The position numbers and the translations under genes were made by a program. A DNA stretch of 64,000 nt, from NCBI GenBank assembly GCA_963753595.1, contig CAVWCX010000002.1, positions 68,060 through 132,059 of the forward strand, in the 5' to 3' direction. The notes beneath the pieces are model-generated. The model was given only the letters and a program-made list of their open reading frames with translations. It was not told where the DNA came from and did not search any database. Source of the stretch: Candidatus Methanoperedenaceae archaeon. GTDB taxonomy: Archaea; Halobacteriota; Methanosarcinia; Methanosarcinales; Methanoperedenaceae. The stretch's first letter is position 1. The number at the start of each line of letters is the position of its first letter. Below are positions 20,895 through 31,186 of the stretch, piece by piece.

Positions 20895-21136
20895 TGTAAA
20901 ATACCAAGGGTCTTAAGTCTCTCCCTGGAATCTTTTCTCATTTTTGCACGCACAGTATCGAAATCCTGTGGTAGAAAGTCGCGGAACTCCTTTATTTTTG
21001 GTAAATTTTTTCTAACTATGATCTTTTCATTATTCAGGGACATATCAACACTATCCCCTTCCCTGATCCCCAGCGCTTCCCTTATTTTTTTGGGGATGGT
21101 TATTTGTGCATGTCTTGTAACTGTAACGGTTGTCAT
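20891..21136 (-). CDS. AbrB/MazE/SpoVT-family antitoxin
   Basis: VTRHAQITIPKKIREALGIREGD. Confidence 0.9.
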   Translation of the reverse strand: MTTVTVTRHAQITIPKKIREALGIREGDSVDMSLNNEKIIVRKNLPKIKEFRDFLPQDFDTVRAKMRKDSRERLKTLGILQ

Positions 21137-21233
21137 AAATATTAGTATGAATCGGTAGTATTTAATATTTACTAATAATTTGTAGTAATAATATCCAATT
21201 CTCACCGCCTTTTGCGAACACAGGAAGGAAATC

Positions 21234-23389
21234 TCAAACTTCCCATCTCCCCAATTCAGCCTGCATATTCCTGCGCATTACCCCATCCAGTACACTTTCT
21301 GTATATCCAAAAGGCAAAAGCAAACTCCCGGCAGCGCGGGCAACGAACTCATAGTACTTGTCCCTGTCATACTGCGTGCTCTCATCCACAAGCTCTGCAA
21401 TTTTAACGCGCTTTGTGCAGCTTTTCGATGCGTGGTCTGTGAGCACGTATCTGATACTCTGCCCGGGCTGGATCGTTATACCTTCTTTCTGGAACTGCCG
21501 TATCGCCGCAGTATTATTGTTTGACTGCCTGTAATCCTGGAGGCTTCTGGATATACGGGCAGTAAGTATCATATCCTCGATCCTGCAATCACCCGCAAGC
21601 ACCCGCTTTGAATATTCCCGCAATATATCAAGAGCATCCGGTATCCTACGATAAAACCCTTCGGCATCGTCAGCGCGGCAAAGGCACGACAGCATCTCCT
21701 CCTGCATACGTATTATGAGCGCCGGCGTGTCACTTCGCCTCAGCTCTATGCCCCGCACCTTCAATTTTCCGTTAGTCATCACCCCATAGTAGCGATTCAG
21801 GGCTCCTGAGCCATTTGACCTGTTCGGCGGAATACTATCCACTTAAATACGCCCTTGTGCTCAAGCGTGATCCCTATGCGCTCACTTGCGCGCCTGCAAA
21901 GCCCGGCCGGGTCCTTCCCCTTCACCCACAGGCTGTCCACTATCCCGTGAAGTACTTCAAATCCCAGCTCTTCGGCCAGGTCAATGGTTTTTAGAAGGAT
22001 TTCCCTGCCGAATGCAGTTATTGATTCGTGGCATTCTATCCTTCCGAATCGCGCCTTGTTATAACCCATATAGCCAAAGCTTGTGACAAGCAGCCATTTG
22101 AGAAGGTTCTGCTTCTTCTCATATTCTTCTGCCCTGTCCGGAAATTCTGTGATCCTTTTTTTGAATTCCATGCGCCTCTCTATGAGGGGTTTTAGTACCC
22201 GCGGTATGAGACCGAGCCTTTTTTCGCAGATGTTATAACCAGTAAAAGGCACCCTTTGTTTCGAATCACGGCAGCATCCGCAAAGCACAGTTTCAGGCGA
22301 TATATTGTGGTTTACCATTATGTTCGGGAAAAGGGAGGCAAAATCAAGTTCTGCGGCATTTTCATGCAGCCCCACACGCGGTTCTATCACAAGCGCGCCC
22401 CTGTCTGCGACCATGAGTTCAAGCGCAGTCTTCCAGTTCTCGGCAAGGTTTCGTTTCCATGGAACAAGCACGCCATCTTTTTGTGCCTGGTTGACCTGCA
22501 ATGTGTTCACAGCGCTTCCCGGGCTTAAGCGCGAAAGTTCCTGCATGGGGATACCGGTGATCCGTGCAAGGTCGATAAGTCCCGGAAGGCCGCCTTCTTT
22601 GAACATGAACATAGAGCGGTCAAGGTGCAGCCTGCCTGAAAGGATATATCCCTGCGGCTTGTAGAATATCCTTCCGTAGCTGAAGTACGACGTGGCTTTT
22701 TTCGGGTATTTGTCTTTTATGCGTCCAAGCTGCAGAGGAATACCGTATTTTCCTGCCCTGTGATAAAGATACGGAAAGTCAAAGCTGTCTCCGCCGTTTG
22801 TTGTGATGATATCCGGGTCTTCTTTTGCAATAAGTCCTGAAATATTGCAAAGCAACTCAAATTCACTTCCCTCGAGCATGTTTTCTCCTAATGTGATGCT
22901 TCCCACAGGTTCATCCATTGTGATGATACCGTGCTTTCTTTTCGGTTTTACGGATAATTCTATGATCTTAAGATCCGGGATCGTGTAATCCATCGAATAA
23001 TGGTCAGCCATATGGTCACCTATATCGAGATTTGCCATTGGGAACATGTTTTTTGAATGAAGATATTGCCTCGCAGGGTTAAGATCTATGTTGTAAAGCA
23101 TGCATCCGCGTTCATCAAGCATCCGTGCTATTTCATAAATTATTTCGGCGTTCTTGACCTTCACTGCAATAATGGGCCCTGAAGATCCCGATAGATGCGT
23201 TTTTTTATTATCAAGGCAAGCTGAAATAACTCCGGGAAGCGTGGATATCAGTGATTTAAGTTCAGGATTTCCTGCGATATAAATTTCCGGATAGTAAATC
23301 TCAGTAACAGGCAGGCATGTGTCATTCTTTTTTATCCAGCATGTTATTGAGCTGTCCTCGTTGTCGTACTGTACATCCAGAAGATGCAT
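21234..23389 (-). CDS. polB2: Family B DNA polymerase, PolB2 subgroup; split by one missing base at ~21828/21829
   Basis: Altered motifs DFASLFPNIM, KWLLVTSFGY, HGIVDS (for YGDTDS); C-terminal LKVRGIELRRSDTP; the two ORFs join as WIVF(L)PNRS..ALNRYYG. Confidence 0.88.
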
Positions 23390-23627
23390 TTAATGCCTCC
23401 TGCATATGTTTAATCTCCTTTTGCTGCTCGATCAGTATTGACAGGAACATCGAATCCATGGGGTCAAGCATCGGGGTGACGGTTGATGAGGAGGAATGTT
23501 TTCTTGCCATGTTCATTATGATATCGAATGCGCCCCTGTCTTCTCCACGAAGAGCCCTCCTAAAGGTAGCAAGATCAAGGACGATGCTTTCAAGCAGCAC
23601 CCTGAAGCTTGGCACAGTCCTGCCCAT
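23322..23627 (-). CDS. Small helical PolB2-associated protein (arCOG07300-like)
   Basis: MGRTVPSFR...FRRALR.EDR..FD...ARKH; lies between radA-like and polB2. Confidence 0.8.
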   Translation of the reverse strand: MGRTVPSFRVLLESIVLDLATFRRALRGEDRGAFDIIMNMARKHSSSSTVTPMLDPMDSMFLSILIEQQKEIKHMQEALNASSGCTVRQRGQLNNMLDKKE

Positions 23628-24261
23628 TCATTTCACCTCCGAAAAAATCAATAAACCTGGTCTGTCCGGGCGGAACTGTTACATGCTCAAACAAATTATC
23701 GCCGTCATGCACTTTTATAAGGGTTTTTTTCTCATATATCCTGATAACCCGGTCAGCAGTTCCGGCTACCATCCGGTCTCCCCACCATACGCCACCAAAG
23801 CTTGTCACTACTGTAACAATACCTAAAGACTGTGTAATTTCTTTCAGGCTTTTGAGAATGGAGCCGAATAACTTTTTCCCATCTTCTGTTGAAAAAAAAT
23901 TAGATAAGTATAAAAAAGCAACAAGCGATGGTTTCCATCTGCTAACAGCTTCACGCAGTCCGTTAATGATCTCATCCACCTGATACTCGGTGAATGCGCG
24001 GGCGACATGGATACGTGAGAGCGTTTGTCGTGGTTTGTAACCCATGAATTTCACGGCTCTTGAAATTGCATAAGGGTTGAAGCTGTTTCCCCCGTCCACA
24101 ACTATGACATCCTGTCCCCTGCACGCGGCTCGGGCGCACAGGTTGAACAAAGCATCAGGGACAAGCGCTGATGTCCCCTCAATGACCGTGAGGCATGAGG
24201 GTTTAAAGCCCGATGGGTCAATACAACCGCATATCAATGGATTTGTTTGTGATGCACACAT
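23590..24261 (-). CDS. Inactivated RadA/RecA-like protein associated with PolB2
   Basis: Walker A degenerate (IEGTSAL); VDGGNSFNPY and LSRIHVARAFTEYQ retained. Confidence 0.85.
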   Translation of the reverse strand: MCASQTNPLICGCIDPSGFKPSCLTVIEGTSALVPDALFNLCARAACRGQDVIVVDGGNSFNPYAISRAVKFMGYKPRQTLSRIHVARAFTEYQVDEIINGLREAVSRWKPSLVAFLYLSNFFSTEDGKKLFGSILKSLKEITQSLGIVTVVTSFGGVWWGDRMVAGTADRVIRIYEKKTLIKVHDGDNLFEHVTVPPGQTRFIDFFGGEMNGQDCAKLQGAA

Positions 24262-24455
24262 ATTTTCACCAGTTTGGGAAATAGAAGTCTGTTTTCAAGG
24301 TATAATAGAAAGAGCAAAGAGCAGGGTGAAAGTGTCTGTGAATGCGTGACGGGATTGTTTGTGGAACACATCCCCCCAGGAAGTTAATAAGTGCCCGCTC
24401 ATCAACATTTTCAAGCTCATAAATGCCCAGACGGGGGGATCATTCCATTCTTTAC

Positions 24456-24490
24456 TTATATTACGATACACAGGGCACAATAGAAAGAAA
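24456..24490 (-). promoter_or_regulatory. Candidate regulatory box upstream of the radA-like/polB2 operon
   Basis: Minus strand CTTTC-tattg-TGCCCTGTGTAT-cgtaa-TATAA; near-copy upstream of ruvCAB. Confidence 0.5.
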
Positions 24491-24591
24491 ATTCAACACC
24501 GTTATTAAAAGTAAGAGCTGCATTCATACTGGCATTGAACATTTTGTGGGCTGTGGGACAAAATTGAAAGACACACCCCACATTTGAACCA

Positions 24592-24753
24592 TCAGTCCTT
24601 TAGAACAATAACAAAAACTCTTTTACCTATGTCCTTTTTTTGTGCATCTATCTTGGCACCATTTCCATAAGGTGTAACTTTTTTCTCATAAATCTCTTCA
24701 ACATTATCTTTAATTATCACTTTTCCACCTGAAACAGCTTTAACTTCTCTCAT
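24592..24753 (-). CDS. DUF2080-family transposon-associated protein
   Basis: EKKVTPYGNGAKID...IGKRVFVIV, inside the IS. Confidence 0.8.
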   Translation of the reverse strand: MREVKAVSGGKVIIKDNVEEIYEKKVTPYGNGAKIDAQKKDIGKRVFVIVLKD

Positions 24754-24806
24754 GTTATAGTATATACATGTAAACACTTATATACTTTGCGGTACATTGG
24801 GGGGTT

Positions 24807-25793
24807 ATGCTAAAAAGTGATGATATTAGAGACAGGATAAAGGACATAGATGATTTTCTACTAAAGCAATACAAGGATAGAAAGATAGAGAAGAAACGAG
24901 ATTGGCGGACTTATGAACAGCAATTGATGAAACGGATCAAAGGAGCAATCCGTAATCTTGAACCATTGATAGATCAATCAATAAATATTGAAATTCATAG
25001 AGGCCCAGGAAGACCTCCAGAGTTAGAACTAAAACAGAGAGTTATTATTCTATTATTGAAAGAATTATTGGGAGAAAGCAATAGAATGATGGCTTCAATG
25101 CTTGGTTTATTTTCTCTCCTTTCCGGAATTGATGTCGGCTATAAGACTGTAGAAAGATTGTATTCTAATCATGACGTTGAAATGGCAATTCATAATCTTC
25201 ACATACTCATTTTAAGGGAAAAAGGAGTTAAGAATATTGATGCATGTGGAGATGGAACTGGTTATTCATTGACGATAAAAAAGCATTATGCTTCTGAGAC
25301 TCAAATACGAAAGGATAAAGCAAAAGAGTATTCTGGAACTAAGGCTTTTGTTTATTCTTTCAAGTTACTCGACCTCAAATCAAAGATGTATGTAGCATTT
25401 GGAATGAGTTTAAAGAGTGAAAAAGAAGCTTTCGATAGAGCTATGGAAATGATAAAGAAGATTGATATACAAATCGATAGCATTAGGCTTGATAAATATT
25501 ATAGTTTTTCCTCTTATGTCGATAAATTTGGAGAAGCGAAAGTCTATGTCATTCCAAGAAAAAATGCCACAGTAAGAGGTTCGTGGAAATGGAAGGATAC
25601 GATGGAAGATTTTGTAAATAATACGTTCTCATATCTTGGACAGTATTTTCGTAGAAACAATTCTGAATCAGGATTTTCAGCAGATAAAAGAATGTTTGGA
25701 TGGACGGTGGGACAAAAAAGGGATGATAGGATTGATACCGCTTTGAATTGCACAGGGGTCTGGCATAATCTCATGAACCTGTACCCAGGTTAA
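24807..25793 (+). CDS. DDE transposase
   Basis: DACGDGTG, IRLDKYYS, YFRRNNSESGFS..KR.FG; enclosed by the TIRs. Confidence 0.9.
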   Translation: MLKSDDIRDRIKDIDDFLLKQYKDRKIEKKRDWRTYEQQLMKRIKGAIRNLEPLIDQSINIEIHRGPGRPPELELKQRVIILLLKELLGESNRMMASMLGLFSLLSGIDVGYKTVERLYSNHDVEMAIHNLHILILREKGVKNIDACGDGTGYSLTIKKHYASETQIRKDKAKEYSGTKAFVYSFKLLDLKSKMYVAFGMSLKSEKEAFDRAMEMIKKIDIQIDSIRLDKYYSFSSYVDKFGEAKVYVIPRKNATVRGSWKWKDTMEDFVNNTFSYLGQYFRRNNSESGFSADKRMFGWTVGQKRDDRIDTALNCTGVWHNLMNLYPG

Positions 25794-25808
25794 TTCTGTC
25801 CCACAGCC

Positions 25809-26819
25809 ATAATAAGGTATAGCTTCATCTGGTTTGGCAGATAAAGATATATCGGGAGTTGAAATCGTTTGAAAAATTTTATCTATTAAATTCTTAAATA
25901 AAATATCTATCTCTATATAACGATTCTCATGCATTAATTGAATTACTTTTTTTTCAAAATCATCCAAATCTTCAGGAAGATAATATTCAGATGATTTGGA
26001 TATTTTCGATGTTGGAATTAATGAAGTATCAAGTTTAATGCTTTTTGTCTTTGTTGGTTCAACTTTATGCATTGTCAAAATTTTAAAATTTTCATCACTA
26101 CATTTTGCTTTAGGATTTTGTTTATTTTTTGTTGAATCTCTTACTGATTTTAGTACTTTTTCAAATACATTATTAAAAGGTGCAAGATTATCCTCAGAAT
26201 CAATATTTTCTAAAGTTTTTATTAGATTATAAGTGAAAACTCCATGCTGTAATTCATGATCCTCCTGTGCTTCTTCATTAGAATCACATGCAGTAAGAAG
26301 ACCTGTTCCTTTATTTTTTCCAATTAGATCAATAAGTTTATCTATTTTTATGTCTCTTAATCTTGTATCTAACAATTCGCGTCTTAATGCACCTCCACTG
26401 TGGCAGGCATCAAAAATTATCAATTTTGAATTTGCCTTAATCTTATTAAGTTCGAGATTAAGAGTGAAGAGACTAATTGCTGTATGTTCCCAGTAATCCG
26501 CCTCGAAATCAGAAGGACAAATAAAACTATTTTGTGAATTTATTTTTTGTTGATCTGATTCTATAGTAAAACCATGCCCTGCAAAACTGAATATTATATA
26601 ATCCTCATCCCTTGCTTCACGTTCAAGGTCCGTAATTGTTTTTAAAATTTCAGTTCGTGTTGCGTTTTGGTTTAACAGTATTTTATGATATAAACAGTTG
26701 AATTGAGAATATTTATCGTGTATTTTCTCAGCGTCATTCACACAATAATTTAATTGTAAAGTTTCAGCCAATTTTGGATATTGATTAATCCCAATAGATA
26801 AAATTAAGATTTTTCCCAT
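25809..26819 (-). pseudogene. Caspase-family (peptidase C14) protein truncated at its 3' end by the IS
   Basis: IGINQY, VNDA, FAGHG and FDACHSG (His-Cys dyad), HGVFTY; ORF reads into the IS TIR after IPYY; AT-rich. Confidence 0.85.
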
Positions 26820-27084
26820 AGAATGAACATCTATAGTATATTTTGTCTAATTAAAACTTATCAACGATTTTCAATAATATTTTTAATAACCATTTTAATT
26901 CTTCCCAGTTTATTTAAACGTAAACCAGAAAAATTATTTAACTTCTCCTTATGCCGGAAAATTTTTACAAAAAGCAAACAAGCTATCAGATATACTAAAA
27001 CTCGAACATAAGAACATCAGCATTTGGATGCCTTTTGTATAGTCTAATCCGAAGTCGGTGTCTTATCGATATTGAATTTCAAAG

Positions 27085-28329
27085 TCAGATTTCCACAAAC
27101 CGCCCTGCCTTCCCCAATTCCTCCTCGATCCTGAGCAGCTGGTTATACTTCGCATTCCTCTCGCTCCTTGCCGGCGCGCCTGTCTTGATAAGCTCGGCGC
27201 CTATAGCCACGGAAATATCAGCGATCGTGGTATCTTCGGTTTCTGCTGACCTGTGGCTTACTACGACCTTGAACTTATTCTTCTGGGCAAGCCGCGCCGC
27301 GTCAAATGCCTCTGAGAGCGTGCCTATCTGGTTCACTTTGAGGAGCAGCGCATTTCCCGCATTCATTTTTATTCCTTGCTCAAGCCGCTTTACATTGGTC
27401 ACGAAAAGGTCATCGCCTATGATTATCGTATCCTTTAATTTTTTTGACAATTGCGCAAAATCTTCGAATGATTCTTCCTCGAATGGGTCTTCAATAGAGA
27501 GGATCGGGTATGTATCGACAAGCTCTGAATAGAAATCAATCAATTCCCCGCTTGATAATTTCCTGCCATCAACTTTATAATTGCCATCCTTATAGAACTC
27601 AGTGGCAGCAGAATCAAGACCGATCGTGATCTTCTTATTATATCCTGCAACCTCTATTGCATCCGTAAGCGCATCAAGGGCATCTGTGGTATTTTTAAGC
27701 GGCGGGGCATAACCGCCTTCGTAGCCCACATTGACCGCAGAATTGCCATATTTTTTCACAAGTATTGCGCCAAGGGTATGGTAAGTCTCAGCACCCATAC
27801 GAAGGGCTTCGGAAAAAGTCTTTGCGCCGCCGGGCTGTATCATGAATTCCTGTATCGCAAGCTCGTTTCCCGCGTGTTTTCCCCCGTTTATGACGTTCAT
27901 CGTGGGAACCGGAAGCGTGAATGCATTTGTTCCGCCTAGATAGCGGTAAAGCGAAATTCCCAGCGAATCCGCTGCGGCATGAGCCACGGAAAGTGAGACC
28001 CCGAGAATAGCATTGGCGCCGAGCTTTGATTTGTTCTCTGTCCCGTCAAGCTCAAGCATTATTGCATCTATTTCGCGCTGGTCGCGTACATCCATTCCCA
28101 GAAGTGCTTCCTGGATTTCTGTGTTGACATTGTTTACGGCTTTCGTGACGCCTTTTCCAAGATAACGCTTATCCTTGTCCCTTAATTCAAGAGCTTCATT
28201 GGTTCCTGTGGATGCCCCCGAAGGAACGCTTGCGCGCCCGAATCCGCTATCTGTAAAAACGTCAACCTCTACTGTGGGATTTCCCCGTGAGTCTAAGATT
28301 TCTCTTGCATGGATGTGCTCAATAAACAA
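27085..28329 (-). CDS. eno: Enolase
   Basis: [52 protein letters not shown]. Confidence 0.97.
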   Translation of the reverse strand: MFIEHIHAREILDSRGNPTVEVDVFTDSGFGRASVPSGASTGTNEALELRDKDKRYLGKGVTKAVNNVNTEIQEALLGMDVRDQREIDAIMLELDGTENKSKLGANAILGVSLSVAHAAADSLGISLYRYLGGTNAFTLPVPTMNVINGGKHAGNELAIQEFMIQPGGAKTFSEALRMGAETYHTLGAILVKKYGNSAVNVGYEGGYAPPLKNTTDALDALTDAIEVAGYNKKITIGLDSAATEFYKDGNYKVDGRKLSSGELIDFYSELVDTYPILSIEDPFEEESFEDFAQLSKKLKDTIIIGDDLFVTNVKRLEQGIKMNAGNALLLKVNQIGTLSEAFDAARLAQKNKFKVVVSHRSAETEDTTIADISVAIGAELIKTGAPARSERNAKYNQLLRIEEELGKAGRFVEI

Positions 28330-28500
28330 TTAATATCACCTTTTGGACTTTATTAGTTTAGATTATACTTGATAGTTTAGAGAAATAAAAACCCTTCTAG
28401 GCAAAACTTCGTTCATTATGAGTTACACTATACTTTTAATATAATGTAAACATAATTTGTTCCATCAATATGGATATTCTGGGAGTAAAAAGAGGTGATT

Positions 28501-28695
28501 ATGGATTCGAAATTTGACCGGGAAGAAAATCTGAAAGAGAGATTAAAATTCATACGTTTTTATGCCAAATGGGTCAAAACCGTTCCAAATGAGATATGGA
28601 GCAAGCAGCAGGCTGAGTTCATTGACAGCCTTTTTGATAATGCGAAGAATTTTTCATTAACACCCGAAAAGTACCTGAAGACCATCAGGAAATAG
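28501..28695 (+). CDS. Small hypothetical protein
   Basis: GAGGTGA RBS; ERLKFIRFYAKWVK..PNEIWSKQQAEFIDS. Confidence 0.65.
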   Translation: MDSKFDREENLKERLKFIRFYAKWVKTVPNEIWSKQQAEFIDSLFDNAKNFSLTPEKYLKTIRK

Positions 28696-28702
28696 CGACC
28701 CT

Positions 28703-31186
28703 TTACACAGCCTCTTGCTCCATAACCGTTTCAACAACAGCTCTCGGAGGATTCTCTTCGATCACAGGCCTGTCTTTCCTGTAATCTTTCAGCCTCCTGA
28801 TAATCACTTCTGCCAGGAATAACACTAGCGCCGCAAGAAGGTATGGTTCTTTTTCACTTATTGGCTCATTAACCGTTCGCACCGCTTTATCCTTGATATC
28901 CAGGAACATGAGCCCCTGGACTTCATCCTCGTTATACACGCTTCCGCCATTTGATTCAATCGCCGATACCAGTTTCTCATTAAACCCGATCTCCCTGTAT
29001 TCCAGCGGATAATTCACAGAAATCCCATATCCTGAAAGGTCATGGAAATCCCCGGTCTCAAGATTGATCGTGGTTTCATAAGTTGTCGGCCCTGTCCTTG
29101 AAAGATCAAGAGGTATCCCATCAAGTTTCACCTGCGGCAGCGTATCAGATGTGACAATGACCCTGCCGGATGTTCCCGCCCATATATCCTCGGCATTTAT
29201 CACAACACCTTCTTTCTGGCGCGGGTCACCGATCGCCCAGTTTATCATTGATGAGATAAGGCGCGAGTTCTCACCGCTATAGGCCGCAGGAGCCCATAGA
29301 GTCTCCACGCCGCCGTTATCGGTTGTGAAAGAAACGACCCTGCCAAGCCCGAAACCCCATGTTGTTAGGATGGGTTTGCCGCGCGTGGTGGCCACAAGCC
29401 TGTCCGAGCCCAGTTTTGGAGTAACCTCATTGTATCCGGTGACCGATGCTGTAATATTAATGTACTTTGTGATGAAATGGTTCGTGTCTATTGCTGCAAG
29501 GGGATATTCATATGTTACAGAAGGGGTTTCAACGGGTGTCGGGGTGGCGGATGGCCCTTCCCCTACCAAGGTACTTGCACGTTCATCGGGATATAAAAGT
29601 ACTACATCAGTTCCTGCTGCTTTTGCCAATTTATCATAATTATCAGTTGGCATCCTTGCCTCTTCTGGAAAAAGTATTTGAATGAATTGTATTTTGATTT
29701 CTTTTGTATTCAAATCTAACACTGTCTTCTCAGTTTGAGTAAGACCATCTGGATGTATGAATCCATCAGATATGACTATTATCTCTTTTGTTCCACTCAC
29801 CGAATTTAATAAATCTTCAGCCGCCTGTAAACCTTTATGAAGATCAGTGGGATTATCTCCCCCTTTCGGGCCGATTTCCCGTATGAAATTCTCAAGCTCC
29901 ACCTTATTTATTTCAGCGCCCATGGACAAAATGTTTGTTTGCCCTGTCAGGCCACTGAATGCTACAACACCGACCCTGCTGTCCTTTCCGATACTGCGGA
30001 TGATACTTATTGCATTTGCATCAATAAGACTGATTCGCGATTGAGTTCCGATACTACTGCTTAGAGCAGTACTGCCTGATGAATCAATTAAAATAACAAG
30101 GTTCCTTCCCCCTTTGAATTCTCCAGCCCTTGAAATTATAGGAAGTATTGCTTCGACCGGCGTATTATTGTAAGCTCCTTTATCATACGACGTTCCTCCG
30201 CCAACAACCACAAGTCCGCCACCGTTTCCCACATAATTCCGCAATGTATCGGCATTAAGCTCGGCTGCTCCCTTATTGTCTATTATCACAGTCTTATAAA
30301 GTGATAGTTCTGAAGGCAGGGAGCTCACGGTAGTAACGTCATAGAGGCTATTTGTGATCGTATAAAGAGGCGATTCCGTATCGCTCGTTACTGCCAGTAA
30401 CTTTGGCTTTGGCACTACGAATATTGATCTGTAAAACACATTGTTAATATTGAACCTGTCCTCTGTGCCCGGGGTTATCGTTGCTTTCATTTTGTGCGAA
30501 CCAAGAGATGTAAATGCGCCTGTGACAGGAATTACCTTTTCCCGTTCCTTCTGGGTAATGGATTCGCTCAGTACTGATTTACCATCTATTTCCACATCAA
30601 GCCTGTAGCTTATATCAGTACCTCCCTGCCTTACAACAACATTGAACACATTTTCATTCCCGATAATGATATTCTTAGCGCTTGCTATCTCGACACTTGC
30701 ATCATTATGGATGGTTTTTTGTTTTACAGCGAAAACTCTTGTTCCTGTCTGGGAAACAAACGAGATAGCATCGAATAAGTCTTTTCCGTAATTGGCGTTC
30801 CCGTCAGTTACAAGTAATAAGTTATTATTTTCAGACGCTCCTATCACCTCATCGCCTATTGGTGATTTTATTCCCGCGAATTCCCTGAATTTCGTGGGCG
30901 TTCTGGGCTGGATCGCATCAAATATCTTCTTCCCTGTATCTTTATTGAACAGGTCCATGCTCATAGTATTATCAGAGATCACAGTTATCCTTGGGGCATC
31001 ATCACGCACTGTTGTAATTCCCAGCGAGTAAGGCGAGGCAAGGGCAATTACCAGGAGGCTCAGGATGATGAGACGTGAAAATATGATCCATTTCGAAACA
31101 CCTTTTCTTATATAGTACAAACCGATAAGTATCAAAGGACTGATCAGTAAAAGGACATATGGATGCGCAAACTGGGGGAAAGCCAT
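28703..31186 (-). CDS. Membrane VWA-domain protein with GATase-like domain
   Basis: MIDAS DSSGS, ISDG, YVGNGGGLVVVGG, GLGRVVSFTTD; terminal TMs. Confidence 0.82.
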   Translation of the reverse strand: MAFPQFAHPYVLLLISPLILIGLYYIRKGVSKWIIFSRLIILSLLVIALASPYSLGITTVRDDAPRITVISDNTMSMDLFNKDTGKKIFDAIQPRTPTKFREFAGIKSPIGDEVIGASENNNLLLVTDGNANYGKDLFDAISFVSQTGTRVFAVKQKTIHNDASVEIASAKNIIIGNENVFNVVVRQGGTDISYRLDVEIDGKSVLSESITQKEREKVIPVTGAFTSLGSHKMKATITPGTEDRFNINNVFYRSIFVVPKPKLLAVTSDTESPLYTITNSLYDVTTVSSLPSELSLYKTVIIDNKGAAELNADTLRNYVGNGGGLVVVGGGTSYDKGAYNNTPVEAILPIISRAGEFKGGRNLVILIDSSGSTALSSSIGTQSRISLIDANAISIIRSIGKDSRVGVVAFSGLTGQTNILSMGAEINKVELENFIREIGPKGGDNPTDLHKGLQAAEDLLNSVSGTKEIIVISDGFIHPDGLTQTEKTVLDLNTKEIKIQFIQILFPEEARMPTDNYDKLAKAAGTDVVLLYPDERASTLVGEGPSATPTPVETPSVTYEYPLAAIDTNHFITKYINITASVTGYNEVTPKLGSDRLVATTRGKPILTTWGFGLGRVVSFTTDNGGVETLWAPAAYSGENSRLISSMINWAIGDPRQKEGVVINAEDIWAGTSGRVIVTSDTLPQVKLDGIPLDLSRTGPTTYETTINLETGDFHDLSGYGISVNYPLEYREIGFNEKLVSAIESNGGSVYNEDEVQGLMFLDIKDKAVRTVNEPISEKEPYLLAALVLFLAEVIIRRLKDYRKDRPVIEENPPRAVVETVMEQEAV

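Larger units (their letters stand above)
24549..25808 (+). mobile_element. IS element, ISNCY/ISA1214-like, 1260 bp
   Basis: Terminal IRs GGCTGTGGGACAAAATT / AATTCTGTCCCACAGCC (16/17 match); DDE transposase plus divergent small ORF; no target-site duplication seen. Confidence 0.88.

Noticed and set aside
25677-25808. C-terminal 43 aa of the caspase ORF as a real domain
   Set aside because: Read-through into the antisense strand of the IS end.
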